From the human T2T-CHM13v2.0 reference genome, Homo sapiens: DNA of 64,000 bases. The position numbers were made by a program, and so were the translations under genes. Under the pieces are notes generated by a model. The model was not told the DNA's origin. It did not search any database and worked only from the letters and a program-made list of their open reading frames with translations. The stretch is from NCBI RefSeq assembly GCF_009914755.1, contig NC_060942.1. The stretch is one strand, 5' to 3'. Numbering within the stretch: position 1 is the first letter of the stretch; each line of letters opens with the position of its first letter. This document shows, in pieces, positions 14,371 through 31,272 of the stretch.

Positions 14371-14632
14371 GAGCCAGGCGTAATGTTGAGATGCCTGTAA
14401 TCTCAGGAATTTGGGAGGCAGAGGTGGGAGGATCACTTGAGGCCTGGACAACATAGTGAGATTCTCTTCTCTAAAAGAAAATAAAACAGCCAGTCACGGT
14501 GGCTCACGCCTGTAATCCCAGCTACTTGGGACACTGAAGTAGGAAGATCACTTGAGCCCAAGAGTTTGAGGTAATGGTGAGCCATGGTCTTGCCACTGCC
14601 CTCCAGCCTGGGTGACAGGCAAGACTCTGACT
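14371..14632 (+). mobile_element. Diverged AluJ/monomer-type element
   Basis: Two Alu monomer-like segments followed by an (AAT)n tail. Confidence 0.75.
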
Positions 14633-14678
14633 CTAATAATAATAATAGTAGTAATAATAATAATAATAATAATAATAA
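14633..14678. repeat. (AAT)n microsatellite derived from an Alu tail
   Basis: taataataataatagtagtaataat... Confidence 0.9.
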
Positions 14679-15335
14679 AATGGTTTCCTATGTGCTGCAC
14701 CCTGAGAGGAGTCCTCAGTCCAGCCTGTGAGCCTCATCTTAAGCAGTTATGGGTTGAAATGTGTCCCCCTGAAATTCATATATTGAAGCCTCAACCCCAG
14801 TGGGTGGGGCCACACAGTCTGTGAAGTCCAAGTTCCATCCGAGTCCAAGTTCCAAGCTAGGCTTGGGTGGGTCCATCTCTGTTGAGGTCTCTCCACTAGT
14901 ATGAATTGTGGCTATGCCTTTGTATTTTTCTGATGATCCAGAGCATAACTATCAGAAGAAATACACACATGTCTATGACAGAATCATTTCTCAGTGAGTT
15001 GCCCAGCCCCATAAGGTGCTCCCTCCTGCAGGCGCACCTTCCCACTGCCCCCCTCGTCTGCAGGCTGCTTCTTTTCCACCGCTAGGACTATTTCAGATTA
15101 TGGTGTGCAGCGTCCTCACTTCATTCGTCTTCTCTCAACTTGTCCCAGCAGGCCTACCAGGGATAAGAAAATGGACTCATTGCTGAGTCATTTCCAGGCC
15201 TCCAGCCTGCTGAATTCTAGTGAGTGGTGCCTCCCAAATGGGAGATATGGGGGTTACCTGTTACCCTCTTCTCGATGGGCTGGCCAGAGTTCTGAATTTC
15301 ATTTGCTGTATGGAGCGCCTTCCTCCTTCCTGTCA

Positions 15336-15660
<325 letters not shown>

Positions 15661-15785
15661 AAATTCACTGAGAAATGAAAACAAGAAAATAAAAAGCAGG
15701 TCAAAATACTGAAAACAGAATTATCTCTATTTTATTTTAATTGGACAAAAGGCACAATGTGTTGCCATTGGCTATCACTGTGTGA

Positions 15786-16092
<307 letters not shown>

Positions 16093-16599
16093 TGTGTGAG
16101 GATATTTTTTTTACCATCATTCTCATTTTGTTTTTTCCTAATTATATAACAAAAACAAAAAACAATCAACTGAATACTTTGAAGACTCCAACTGTTTAGA
16201 TACTGCCAGGGAACCCAAACAACTACTAGAAAATACAAAATCTGGGAAGCCTGAGCAATGGGGAATAGGTGAATGGCCCAAGCTCAAGGGTGTTCTGGCA
16301 GAGCCTCCGAATGCTGGCATTATGCAGATGTTCTGTATTCTAGTTGTGCATTTTGGGCCTTTCAGGCTTCAGATTACAAATGGCCCAAGAACAGACCAAA
16401 TCGGAAGTTATTCTGTTTGGAGATGAACTACCTAAGTGATCATGGATGTTATGGGATAGGTGATACATTCATTTTCTCCGTGCAACTGACAAAAGGCCAA
16501 CTCAAACCTGCTCCAGCAAAAAGGGAGAGGGTATTGGATCTTGAAAATGGAAATTCTAAGGAGATCAATGACTTTAGGCAGATTCAGGGATTCAGACAA

Positions 16600-16860
16600 C
16601 ATCAGAACATGGTTTTCTACCCTTAGCTCTGCTGTTCATCTTGATTTTATCATCAGTTGCTTCCGTGGCTCATAATCGCAGATAAAAAGGTGAGCCTGTT
16701 TCCTAATAACGCCAACAAAAGTTCCAGGAAAGACTCTGATTGGCTGCATCATGTGCCAATCCCTGAACCACTCTGCGTATTTGGAAGAGTTGAAGGACTC
16801 TGATTGGTCAGGCTTGGTCACTTGTGCACACTCAAAGCAGGGTCAGGCCCATCAAGCCTT
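16600..16860 (-). mobile_element. Old MaLR LTR fragment (MLT1J/K-like)
   Basis: gactctgattggc..catgtgccaatccctgaacca..tctgattggtcaggcttggtcac. Confidence 0.55.
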
Positions 16861-17296
16861 AGGAGCTGAGTGGATTAACGTGGAAAGTGGGAGGAAGGAA
16901 AGGCTGCCTGCAATCAGGCACATAGATTTCAAGGGATGGCATTTGAGCACTCAACATTAGACTAAGAGTCCACATTAAGAATATGGAGAATATGGTCAGA
17001 ATCACCCTTATCCCACTTATAAATCCCCATGAAATATCAAACCCAATAAGAAGAGGTTGTACTTTTATCAAGTTCCTTTTAAACGCACCTTCTCATTTCA
17101 CTTTCATCCTGATTTCACATTCAATCCGATTTCCTTGAATCTGTCTGTCCAGCCTTAAAACTAAATAGCTATCTGTGCCTTATTCAAATGACAAATTATC
17201 TTATAATAGTAACTTTTGCTAACGTTGGCATATGGGATATAAATCAAAAGAGAATATGAAACCTGATGAGTGAATGCTTAGAAAGATCCAAAGGAT

Positions 17297-17643
<347 letters not shown>

Positions 17644-18848
17644 TCAGTTCTGGGGTCTGTTCTTCTAAGCGATGCTTTTGAAACATGTTTTTCTCTAAAT
17701 ATGAACAATCTGGTTCTTCATAGACTATGCCTTCAGTGTTCAACACTTGTGTCTTTTTGAGACTCAAATGATATTTCAAATAAATTATATTCAGCAAATA
17801 CTAGAAAGTTATGGTATGTTGTTACTTAGAATTCTATCGTGATTTTTGGCAGATTTTTAAGTTTCCCAGAACTTGTAAGGGAACTGTGAAATGCTACACT
17901 CTATGGAGATAAAAGTTAACTAAAAAACAAAGCAAACCAAGAGATAAAAGGAAAAGTTAGGCTGCAAGTTTTGAAATAATAATGGTACTTGAACCATGAG
18001 ATCCTTTAATACCCACAATGAAAATAGACACCCAGTGCAACAATGACAAATATTTGGATGTAGACACCACAGAGTCAGATAAAACCCAAGGCTGTAGCTT
18101 AAAGATTTAAGGAAATAAAAAATTTCAGATTCCAGGATGGAAAAAAGATAATTTATATGAAAATGAAGAAGTTGATGATAGAAAATGGTAGATAGGAAGA
18201 AGTTAGGGCCAGTAACGACAGGCAGTAGTTGAAATGAAGAAATGTGGATTGTGAAAATGAAAAGAAAATGTGATCGTTCTACTACGTATTGATTTGAAGT
18301 GTATATTACTTTTACACACACAAGTTGAGGGTCATCTTTGTTTAGGTTAAGATGGTAGTTTCAAGTAAGAGGGAGATATGGCATGGGGAAGGACAGGGAA
18401 GAGTAAGGTTGTCCCTGTACATTACGTTTCTGCTGACCTTAATGCTGTTTTCGCGAATTCCTGGTTTAGAAAACTAAAAGTTCTCTGATCTCTGGAGAGG
18501 CACCTTTCTGGTAGGTCTTGAGAAAAGGTGAAAAAAAAAAAAATGCTGCTTCTCTCTCCCTGCTCTATGAAAGCCACAAAACGTTGGTGTTTAAAAGACA
18601 AAGCTAAATGCAACTCTAATGACTCATAGATCAATATCTTTCACTGACCTTAGGAAGATACACGAGGAAGTCACCAGTTAGCTAATGATTCTCAGTTTAG
18701 AAAGGGCAGAGGAGGCTAGCCACCTCCCAGAGAAGGCTTTAAGGAAGACTTCCTTTAAGTCATACCAGTTAACATGGCTAGACGGTAATATATTGTCATG
18801 CTATCAGAAGCAGCTGCGTAACTGGAATTTGAGAGCACTCAACCTTAA

Positions 18849-19439
<591 letters not shown>

Positions 19440-20957
19440 CAGTAATGGATATTGATGATTCCCACCCTATGTTCATTCCCCTAATTACTTTGATTTCTTT
19501 ACTGTGAGGTTAAAATTACTCATACTTACTTTCAAATAATCTCCATTTGTTTTGGCATTTGAAGGTTTTTAAAAAAGTATTTATAAATCCAGATTATAAT
19601 CCTATTTCATTTTGGGTTGCTATTTTTGTATATGTCAGACATAAACATGCTAAAATAACATTGGTAGTTACATAAATTGGATACCGGTGGTCAACATTCA
19701 TCCTCTTCAGGCCTACCTATGGCACTTATTCTTTCCTTACGTGCTTAAAAAATAAAAGACCAAGATTTATTATGTGTGGTTCAGATGCTACTCGTGTTTA
19801 TTCTTGATACTCAGATTGAAGACAGAAAGATCAATGTGTGTCAGGGAATCGACTGCTACAGCAATGAGCCCTATTTGCAGCCCATAGACAAACGGTTTCA
19901 AATGCAATGAATATTCAGAGTTCCCAGGTGTGCTCTAGGAAAACTGTTTGCAGGTGAATACAAAACTGAAAACTCCTCTATTTTGAATTAAAACTAAGAA
20001 AGTATCATCTAATTCTTAGGATTCTTCTGTGCTTTATTGACTTGCTTAAATATGAGGTCTTGATAACCCTAGTTTTATCTCCCTGAATGAAGATTACATT
20101 CCTTTTTAACAATTCAAGGGAAACACATCCAAATCTCCCCTCTCCAGAAAGAACAGTGGTTGAGCTGAATAGCAAAGGAATGGGGAGTTCCTTAAGGTCA
20201 GGGGGCTGAGAGTAGGGGTCCCTCTCATCCCAGGCAGCAAAGGAAGCAAAAGAAACGGAAAATGAAGTAGTGAGGTCGAGGCGCAAGAAACCATTAGGGG
20301 ACTTCAGAAGTTGCCAGAACAATAGGGGTATCAGTGGGTTTGAGTCAGAATGTGGTTGCTGGGTGTGGAGATGAGATGGGCGGGTGTGAGATGACATAGG
20401 GAAGATATGGGAAGTAGAGGAGGTGTGACCTGGGACCACCACAGATGAATGTGCTGAGGAGCGGTGCAGAGGTGGGTCATCCTGGCTTCAAGGGCCTCGT
20501 TGGACCAGTTCTGCTCCTCCCCGTATCTGAGCATGTGCATGTCACCTAGCAACACACTTGCTATTTCTTTTCTAAATAGATCATTGAACTTCACCACACA
20601 TCTAAAGTAGTATTGCTTATGAAATTTTCAGAAACTGGATAGCTGTCACTAGATCATGCTTACCAATATCATTGTAAATTAGGTAATATGATGGGTGGCA
20701 AAAAGTCCCTCTGAAATACAGGCTTTTTAATCCCATAATGGGTCTTGCTGTTGCTTGATAAAAGACAAAAACAAAGTTTACTAATGAGTGGGAAAATATT
20801 GACCATTTGGATCTGAGCCTGCCTTTGGCATCCTTTGCACTTAAATTTTGATACTTTTCTACCCTATTACTTTGTTTACAAAAAGGGAGAAATGCGAACT
20901 CAAGTATCTAGGGATGAAATACCATGTTATCCAGAATTTGTTTTAAAAATACTGAGG

Positions 20958-21128
20958 CAGGCTGGGCACAGTGGCTCATGTCTGTAATTTCAGCTCTCTG
21001 GGAGGCCAAAGTGGGAGGATGGCTTGAGGCCAAGGAGTTCAAGCCTGCAGTGAGCTATGATTGCACCGCTGCACTCCATCCTGGGTGACAGAGCTGAGCC
21101 AGTCTCTCTCTAAAAAAAAAAAAAAAAG
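20958..21128 (+). mobile_element. Short Alu (monomer-length/internally deleted)
   Basis: Alu start fused to a right-arm end, with A-tail. Confidence 0.8.
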
Positions 21129-21324
21129 ATACCTAGAGTTGCACAGTAATCATTGGGAAATTTATGCACAATTTAGGCAGAATATTATTTTTCACGATGT
21201 CTCATTTTTATAAGAGAATTAGAAACAGGAAATAATTTTCACTTTATATAAAACAACCTGTTGACTGAATGTTTTTTATGTTTTCAACTAGTGGTAGTTC
21301 TATCACATAGGTACTATTTTTTGA

Positions 21325-21635
<311 letters not shown>

Positions 21636-21650
21636 AGAAATGTTATTTTA

Positions 21651-22160
<510 letters not shown>

Positions 22161-22243
22161 ATAACATTTATGTGCCTTAGGTTCTTTGTCAGAGATAATT
22201 TTAACCAAGTCATTAAACTGATGTGAAGATTATTAATACCAAC

Positions 22244-22691
22244 TGTAGAGGGTTGAATGGTAGCCCCAAAGACATCAGGGTCTAGTACTATAAACCTGTA
22301 AATGTTACTTCATTTGGAAAAGGGCCTTTGCAGATGTGATTAAGTTAAGGCTCTTGAGATGAGGAGATAATCCTGGATTATCTGGGTGATCCCCAAATGC
22401 CATCACAAGTGTCCATAGACAAGAGACGTAGGAGATTCAACACACGCGAAGAAGAAGGCAGCGTGAAGACGGAAGCAGCAGCTGGAGCCATGCGGCCACA
22501 AATCAAGGCTCCCTGCCAGCAGCCGCCAGAGGCGAAGAACAGATTCTCCCCTGGAGCTTCCCAAGGGATCACAGCTCCGTCAACACCTTGATTTTGGACT
22601 TCTGGCCTCCAGAGCTGTGAGAAAATACCTGTTGTTTTAAGCCACCCAGTTTGTGATAATTTGTTACGGCAGCCATTAAGAAATGAATGCA
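22244..22691 (+). mobile_element. MaLR solo LTR (MLT1C-like)
   Basis: tgtagagggttgaatggt..ggcctttgcagatgtgattaagttaagg..caccttgattttggacttctggcctccaga..ttgttacggcagc. Confidence 0.85.
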
Positions 22692-22894
22692 CCAGTGAAT
22701 AAAACATTTTTGCAAAAGGTGTTTAAATGCAAGATAGCAATGAGGAATCAGCGTTAGGATATACTTAAAGGAAATGTGTTCCTGTGTATGGAATAAGCAT
22801 TTCTAGTATGTTTTCTTCTTCTTCTTCTTCTTTTCTTTTTTTTTAATCAAGCCTTCTTTTTTTTAAAATTATTTTTAATTGACAAATGATAATT

Positions 22895-23606
22895 GTGAGA
22901 TGCCATTTCACGCCAGTCAGGATGGTGATTATTAAAAAGTCAAGAAACAATAGATGCTGGTGAGGCTGTGGAGAAATAGGAACGTTTTTACACTGTTAAT
23001 GGGAATGTAAATTAGTTCAACCATTGTGGAAGACAGTGTGGCGATTCCTCAGGGATCTAGAACTAGGAATACCATTTGACCCAGCAATCCCATTACTGGG
23101 TGGTATATACCCAAAGGATTATAAATCATTCTACTATAAAGACTCATGCACATGTATGTCTATTGCAGCACTATTTACAATAGCAAAGACATAGAACCAA
23201 CCCAAATGCCCATCAATGATAGGCTGGATAAGGAAAATGTGGCACATATACACCATGGAATACTATGCAGCCATAAAAAGGAATGGAATTGTGTCCTTTT
23301 CAGGGACATGGATGAAGCTGGAAGCCATCATCCTCAGCAAACTAACACAGGAACAGAAAACCAAACACTGCATGTTCTCACTCGTAAGTGGGAGTTGAAC
23401 AATGAGAACACATGGACACAGTGAGGGGAACAACACACATGGGGCCTGTTGGGGGTGGAGGCGAGGGAAGGGAGAACATCAGGACAAATAGCTAATGCAT
23501 GCAGGGCTTAAAACATATGGCACATGTATACTTATGTAACAAACCAACATGTTCTGTGCATGTACCCCGGAACTTAAAGTAAAACAAAAAAAAAAAAAAA
23601 AAAAAG
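22895..23606 (+). mobile_element. 5'-truncated primate L1PA (ORF2 end, 3' UTR, poly(A))
   Basis: Encodes ORF2 C-terminus WIRKMWHIYTMEYYAAIK; 3' UTR G-tract; A-tail. Confidence 0.92.
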
Positions 23607-23731
23607 GGAAAAAAAATTTACATTCCCACCAGCAGTGTACAATGATTCCATTTTTTCCACATCTTCACCAGCATTTGTTATTGCTTGTTTTGTGGCTACA
23701 AGTCATTTTAACTGTGGTGGAAAAAAAATGA

Positions 23732-24051
<320 letters not shown>

Positions 24052-24378
24052 TTTTAATTATTTTTAGTTGACAAATAATTGTGTATATTTATTGGGTACA
24101 ATGTGATTTTTTGATATATGTATACATTTTTAAAAAGATTCAATCAAGCTAATCAACACATGCATCACCTCAACAACTTACCATTTTTTTGTCATAAGAA
24201 CATTAAAAATCTATTCTTTTAGCAATTTTGAAATATGCAATACATTGTTATTAACCGTGGTTACCATGCAGTACAATAGATCACTGAAACGTATTTTTCT
24301 AGTCCAACCGAAACTTTGTACACTTTGGTCAACATCTTCCCTTTCCCTACCCCTCTCCTTCCCTGCAGCCTCTGTTTC
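24052..24378 (-). mobile_element. L1MA-like 3' end
   Basis: ttgacaaataattgtgtatatttattgggtacaatgtg..aatcaagctaat..gtacaatagatcactgaa. Confidence 0.8.
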
Positions 24379-24379
24379 T

Positions 24380-25520
24380 ACGAGTTCCCTTGCTGAGTTC
24401 CCAGACCTAAGCCAATTTTTTCACATTTGGAGCTCATGGACTGAAGAGATGGCCAAGTCCCCAGGAAGAAGTAGGCAGCAACACCACGGCTAAGAAAAAC
24501 CATGATGATTCCCCCAGGACTGTCCCAAAGGGACCTATGGCCATTTACTTGGGTCACTATATGTTGGGGAGGAGGGAACACCCAGACCTTGCAAAGATTG
24601 TTGGACACGAGGACTTAGTTGACATGAATACCTCGAGATCTGAAATGTCATCTTGCGTGTGTCCCTTCCCCGTCCCACCTTAGAGCCCTGGCTAAAGTAA
24701 TATGTTTTATATGTGTACAATCAGCCCCTCGGTTGCCACGCATCTACTTAGTGGTCATTTTCTTGGGCCCTGGCTGCTGAAATAACACCTTTGAGTTCGT
24801 GGTGTGTGGAGTAGGAGCTATCACATTAGGGAAGGCTAAGTGGGAGTCAAAGCTGCCCCCACCCCAGGACCAAAATAGTAAATCAAAGCACTATTGCATC
24901 ACAGGGTTTAATGCCTATTAGAGCTTGAAAGGATACAAGGTGGTGGTCCCTCCTATCATGTCTCTATTTGCTCAGCCAGTCTGATGATTGCAATGATCTG
25001 ATCGTAGAATACCACAAGCCTAACCAAGCTGCGGCCCTGCTACAGCTGCCAAACAGAGCAGTATTGTTGCTAAAGCAGATTATTAAAACCTCAGGTACAT
25101 GTTATGTGGCCACTGATTTGGCAAATGTGCTCTTTTCTATTCTGAAGAGCAGCAGTTTGTATTCATGTGGAACGGACAACAGCATTAATTTACTGTCTTG
25201 CTTCAGGGCGTTGTGAACTTTTCTACCCTCTGTCATCATATAGTATGAAGAAACCCAGACAGTCTGGACATCCTGTGGAACATTGCAGTGATCCATTACA
25301 TGGGTGACATCATGCTGATTGGGCAGCACAAACAAGAGGTAGCCAGCATTCGGGAGGTCTTGTTAGGACAGAGACCTGCCACTTCAGGAAAGTTTTCAGG
25401 GGTCCAATAATCAGAAGTATGCCGGATACTTCCTCCAAATTAAAAGATACATTCTTGCTCTTGCATCTCCTGCCACAAAGAAGGAAACACAGTGCCCAGT
25501 GGGACACCTGGACCGAAGCT
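24380..25520 (+). mobile_element. Decayed ERVL-class (HERVL/HERV16-like) pro-pol internal fragment
   Basis: Protease-like LLDT at 24598-24609; RT-like CYVATDLANVLFSI, FTVLLQG, and HYMGDIMLIG (decayed YIDD) from 25294; many frameshifts. Confidence 0.75.
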
Positions 25521-25919
25521 GTATTCCTAGCATGGAATGTGGTGAGCAAAGACAGATGAGAAAAACTACAGGAGAAGGAGTTGGAGGGAGCTAGCAATGG
25601 GGTCTAAGGTTGATTTAAACCCACCGCCAAAAAGAACAGGTCCATCGTAAGTCTGAAACTGGTAAAATAGTGTCTGAGGAGTTCAGAGCACAGACTACAG
25701 ACAAGAGAATTAAAAATACACTGTTTTAAAGGGCTAGTCTAGGAAACACATAGCTTCTGGGGAAGAAAAAGCAAAGCAAAAAAACGAAGGGAATTTGTCA
25801 GTACCAAAAACTACATACACTCTTACCTTTTGAACTACAAGTCCCATTTCTAGGAAACTACTCTTTAGAAATACCTCCAACATATGAAAATACGTATGCA
25901 CAAGGCTATTTATTGCTCA

Positions 25920-26130
25920 CCACAAAGACTTGCAGTGGAGTGGGCATGAGACAGGAATATTTTCACCTTGCATTCATCTACTGAACTGACCAATCTATAA
26001 ACCAAGCTTGGGCTCCTTCCTCTTTTTCCACCCAGTTGTACAGAACCCTCCATATGGCCACGGGTGTGAGCCTGAGGTAGGAAGCTGGGGTAACCACTGT
26101 GGGTGATATAGAGTTTGGGCAACTTGCTCA
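25920..26130 (-). mobile_element. Inverted ERVL pol (RNase H region) fragment
   Basis: Reverse strand reads EQVAQT and AWFIDWS (cf. ERVL AWFTDGS) with frameshifts. Confidence 0.6.
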
Positions 26131-26352
26131 TTGATTGTTAATTGCAAGATATTCGAGACAGCCTAAACGCCTATGCATGGGAAAGTGGTTGAATAACATC
26201 CACTGAGTGGAGTACTATGCAGCTGTAAGAACAAGGAAGTGCTCTATGACCTGTTACAGAGTGAAACTAGTATAACTAGCAAATATCCCATGTCTAGGGT
26301 GTATTAAGTGAAAAAAGCAAAGCACAAAAATGGCATAATATTCTACCCTTCA

Positions 26353-26577
<225 letters not shown>

Positions 26578-27097
26578 GTGCATTATGTAAGAAAATATAC
26601 GTACATCTGCTCGTTTGTGCCAAACAGTAAATTAGGAGCTGAAATTGGTTACCTACAGGTGTTGGGTGATAACAGAGGGGAAATAATGGTATTGCTGAGA
26701 ATGGAGTCACAGGAATCAGGGAGAGATACTTTGCTAGCCATGTTCATACTTAGAACCATGCTAATTTTTACTCTTAGAGCCATGTTAATGCCTCACAAAC
26801 TCCCAAAATAAGTGGTTAAAACAATGGGGATGGGACAAAATGGAATGCGAAAAGTAATACATGAATTTACTATAATTGTATTACGAATGAATAACATAAC
26901 CACACTGAAGGGGCGGCACTAGCCAAAGTTACTTTGGAAAACAGTATTTTGATTGTATATTGTAAAGGAAAAGGCAAAATGAACTAGACACAAATATTGT
27001 ACTCTAGTTTCCTATCTGTTTTTCACAGGGGTATGCAAGAATGAGACTCCTTCATATGCATATTATGATTCAGCAGATCAGTAAATTTATGGAAGGT

Positions 27098-27336
27098 GAT
27101 GAGACTCAAATGTTATTAAGAATATCATAAGGAAGAGAAACTGTATTTCCAATTCATTTAGTGGAAGTGGATCATCGTAAAGGTCTTCATCCTCATGGTC
27201 TTTACGTTGAGTGGGCTGAGGAGGAAGATAAGGGAGGAGTTGGTCTTGCTGTCTCAGGGGTGGCAGAGATGGGAGAAAATTCCCCTGTAAGTGGACCCAC
27301 ACAGTTCAAACCCACGTTTTTCAATAATTAACTGTA
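27098..27336. mobile_element. Tigger2-family DNA transposon fragment
   Basis: aatgttattaagaa..ataaggaagagaaa..ggtcttcatcctc..gtaagtggaccc..cagttcaaaccc..actgta. Confidence 0.75.
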
Positions 27337-28399
27337 ATTCAAAACAAAAATTAGAAAACCATAAATATATGTTGAGCGGCTTCCGTGTCTCAGACCCTGT
27401 TGCAGATGCTAGAGATATGCCAGCGAACAGCATGAGGCATGAGGCCCCTGCTCTCATGGGGTTTACATTAAGTCATAGGTCGCATGCTAATCACTCACCA
27501 TTTGTCATAAAGACAATGAGAATGTACCCTGTACAGATTGAATTATTCTGACTGAAGGTTTACATAATTTATGGTGACACTTGGCTTCTGTCTTAATGAT
27601 GTCACAAAAGAAAATGTAGAATCAGGGACCAGACATTGTTTACTACACTGCTGAACAGCTCTGGGATTTATATACTCATTTCCAAAAGTACACAGTTACT
27701 AAGTCTTCTTGGTGGGCACAATCTAATTTCAGCTTAATGCAGTTTTTCTTAAATTGAACCATGCTGATAAGATTGATGTATGATAAGCCACACCTGATAA
27801 TTGCCCTTTACATGTAAGTCTAGAAACTTCAAGAACGATCCATACACATTTAATTAAATCTATGACTTGTATCTGAATTGTGATTTCATTTCCATTATTT
27901 AGCTTTACAATTCTTCAAAATCCACAATTCTATTGATCTTTGACCAGATTACAAATAGGAACAATGAGAGTTGCCGTGGCCATGGGCTCAGTTTGTTTGT
28001 CCCATTTGTGTATGATTGCCTTCCCCTGCGGGGAACTGGGCAAGGGGCAAGCCTGGTGGTTCAGTCCTCTGGAGTCCTGATGCTTGTTGGGCTTTTTCTT
28101 TTTGCCAGCATGCTCTGGCACTGGCAAACAAGTCATTTAGAGGGAGCTGAGGAGAGATCAACAGAATCTGAGAAAAGTAGGCAATGTGTGAGTTTTCCAA
28201 GGGTTCAAGAATTTTTATCACAGCTATAAGGTCAAGTACAATGTTGTGAGCCACTAAGGTGGATACATTAAGTCTCCAGGGTTTTCTCATTCCAAAAAAG
28301 AGCCTAGATGCAAAGGAGTGGCTTCCGCAATACAGTAAGGCAACCCTGGAGGAAGTCCGAATGGGGACAACTGAGCCATCCATAGTAATAACCATGGCC

Positions 28400-29565
28400 T
28401 CCTTTCCTACTTACCTCTCTGGCCACTTTTCTTCCACCCAAGCTAACTCATTCTACTTAATGAGATATTTGAAAGTTGCAGTTTCCCAAGAAGGAGTATG
28501 AGGTTCTGGTCATTTCTCTGTCTGTATTAGGTGACCTCCTACATGCCCGTGACCATTCATGCTCAAGACTTGGAGGTTCAGTTTTCAGCACAGAGCTGCT
28601 GCTCCTGAGTTCCCACCAGAACACTCTATTGCTTATTTAACATTTCCTCATGAATGTCTCAAAGGCATCTTACATCAAACTGGCTTAGTGATCTTTCCTT
28701 CCCTGCACCCCAACATCAGAATCTGGTCCTCTGTCTCTGTGACTAGTACCATCATTCATTCACCTGCACACACCGGAAGAAGGGGAGTGATTCCTCACTC
28801 TCTTACTTTCTCTTACCACCCCTGTATCTAATCAATAGCTGATTGGTTATTGATTCTACCACCTAAATATCTCTCAAATCTGTTCGTATTTATTTGCTCC
28901 ATCTCCACTGTGTCTACCTTAGCCCAAACTGTCATTCTCTGCAATACCATCCTCTGTAATATCATCCTCTGTCTTCTGAATTATAGCACTAATCTAAACA
29001 GTTCTCCCCATATTCCCTCTTACTCCCCCTAATCCAATCACCACATTGTAGTCAAGAGAACTTTTAAGAATTGCTCATATGACTCTATTGTTTAAACCCT
29101 TTGATGGTTTCCTATTTTCTTATGATAAAGACTCAAATCCTTAATATGGCCTGAAACAATCTGCATAATCTGGCTTTTCAGCCTCATCTCCTGCTACTCA
29201 CTACCCACTTTATTTACCATAACACATCAGCCTTTCTTCTACAATTTGCAATGAGCCACGCTCATGTCAGTCTGGCCTTTGCATATTCTGTTCTCCTTTC
29301 CTGGGTATCCAGATATCCTTCAGGAGATACTTCTTATTACTCCCTGAAGGAGATAATCTCCAAACCCTCAACTCAGTTCCCACAGGTTACTCTCCCAGTA
29401 CCCTAGACCTCTCGTTCCTAGTGTTTACCACAATTCAAATGAAATAATTGTATAGTTATTTCACTTTTGTCTCTCACTCTTGAATGTAAGCCTATAAGGG
29501 TAGGGACCATGTCTATCAGCTCATGACTAATCACCAGTACCTGCCACAGTGCTGGGCACACAGCA
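28400..29565 (+). mobile_element. L2 LINE 3' remnant
   Basis: Pyrimidine-rich L2 motifs gaatgtctcaaaggcatct, aaatatctctcaaatc, aatgtaagc..agggaccatgtct..acagtgctgggcaca. Confidence 0.7.
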
Positions 29566-29584
29566 GTAATTTAACATTTAATAT

Positions 29585-29810
29585 TAATAAGGTAACAGTG
29601 CTGGAATCAGGCACTATTATAAGCTCTTCATGTGTAGGAACTCATTGAATCCTGGTAACAAACCCAGAATGTAGGTATTCTTCTTCTTCTCATTTTACAG
29701 ATGTAAAACAGGCACAGAGAGGTGGAGTGAGCTGCAAAGATCACACAGTGGAAAATGGAACTTGAACCTAGCAGTCTAGATTCAAAGCCTGTATTTTACT
29801 TTACTGCCTC
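29585..29810 (-). mobile_element. MIR
   Basis: ctcattgaatcct..gtaggtatt..cattttacagatg..aggcacagagagg..agatcacacag. Confidence 0.75.
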
Positions 29811-31272
29811 AATATTTATGGAAAGCATGCCTGTTTAAATGTTCACTGAAGTCAATAACTCAGAGAATTGCTCATAAACAAATTCATAATTATAGAGCAC
29901 CTCTACTGTAAAGTTTAACATGTTTAACTATGGAGAAGTAGAGGGGTATAAGTACTTTGATACTATCCGTACTGAAAACAAAAAAAAATCTTTGCCAAGT
30001 CCATAAGAGAGAACTTGTCCAAAGGTGAATACTATTAGTGATTCAAATAGGTTGAAATAATATTCAAAGCCTTTGTACTTCTTAGACTCATGAAAATTTG
30101 GTTGCTTGATATGCTGGAGTGTATATATTTGCTAATACTTTAAGGCCTTTCTGTGCTGCATTAGCCAATCTAAAAAGAGCAAACAAAATGAACATAGGTC
30201 ACATGGTTCATTATTCCTAGCTTAAATGTTAAACAATAGAGAAGTCAATGACATTTTAAATTGTGGGTTGTCATTTTATTGCGGCTTTGGGAAGAGCAAA
30301 AATGCACAGAATAGAACATTGGGCAATGTCCCCTGCCCATAGCTGAGCTCTATTACTAAGATGAGATGCTGTCATCTGTGTTTTCATTTCCACATTTAAC
30401 AACAAAAGCGGCACTTGCCAACTGTCATGAAGTTGTTCTGAGTAGGGTGTGATGATGTTTGTAAAGTTTGTAGTGCTGGAAGAAAAGTACTAATAAATAC
30501 CAAAGCACAAACCACTTAAATAGTGCACAATTCGATGTGAAGTAGAAGATTCAAAATGACTCAGTGATTATTAATCTAATGCTCTAAAATACGAATAGGG
30601 GATTAATCCCAAGATGTTTCACATATTCTTAGAATATTAGAATTTTAAATTCTTATATGTTTTAAGACTATACCTACATGATTTTTGAAGCAATATTGAG
30701 AAGTGAAAAAACAGTTGATTCCAACGACAGATGACTCAAATGGGCAGAGATTTCTTAATAATATAGACTGGGAAACTAGAATACATCCAATTCAGGCTTC
30801 CCATTAAATCTATAGTGAATGGGCGATCATTCATCCTCCCATAGGGGAGTTACTGGGAATTTCCTCCGCATGCTATTCTGCTAGTTGACTATTTGCACAT
30901 GGGGGCTTCCCAAATGGTTTCCGGTAAGAGAAGTGTGCTTCCTGCTATGGAGGGACTGGATCAGCCTAGGCTAGCTGGCCCATGGAAGAGAGTTCTTAGG
31001 CCGGCAAAAAACTGGAGTTTGTGAGGGCCTTTAGGGTTGTCAATTCACAACTAAACCTATGTGGGACACTATCCTTTGGACTGATTGTCACTTTTAGCTT
31101 TTTTTTTTTCTTAAACAAAAACAAAACTTGAACCCCCATTTTAATAAACAATTTTTTTTGTATTCTACCTTAATGATAATTGACATCTCAAAATAAATTT
31201 TGTGAATAGGAAGAAATCACAGTAAAGGTAAATTTAGAATATGCTTCAAACTACTTAAGCACTCTATCCTCC

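Noticed and set aside
23146-23424. ORFs resembling a reverse-transcriptase protein C-terminus
   Set aside because: Fragment of a truncated L1PA ORF2; non-functional
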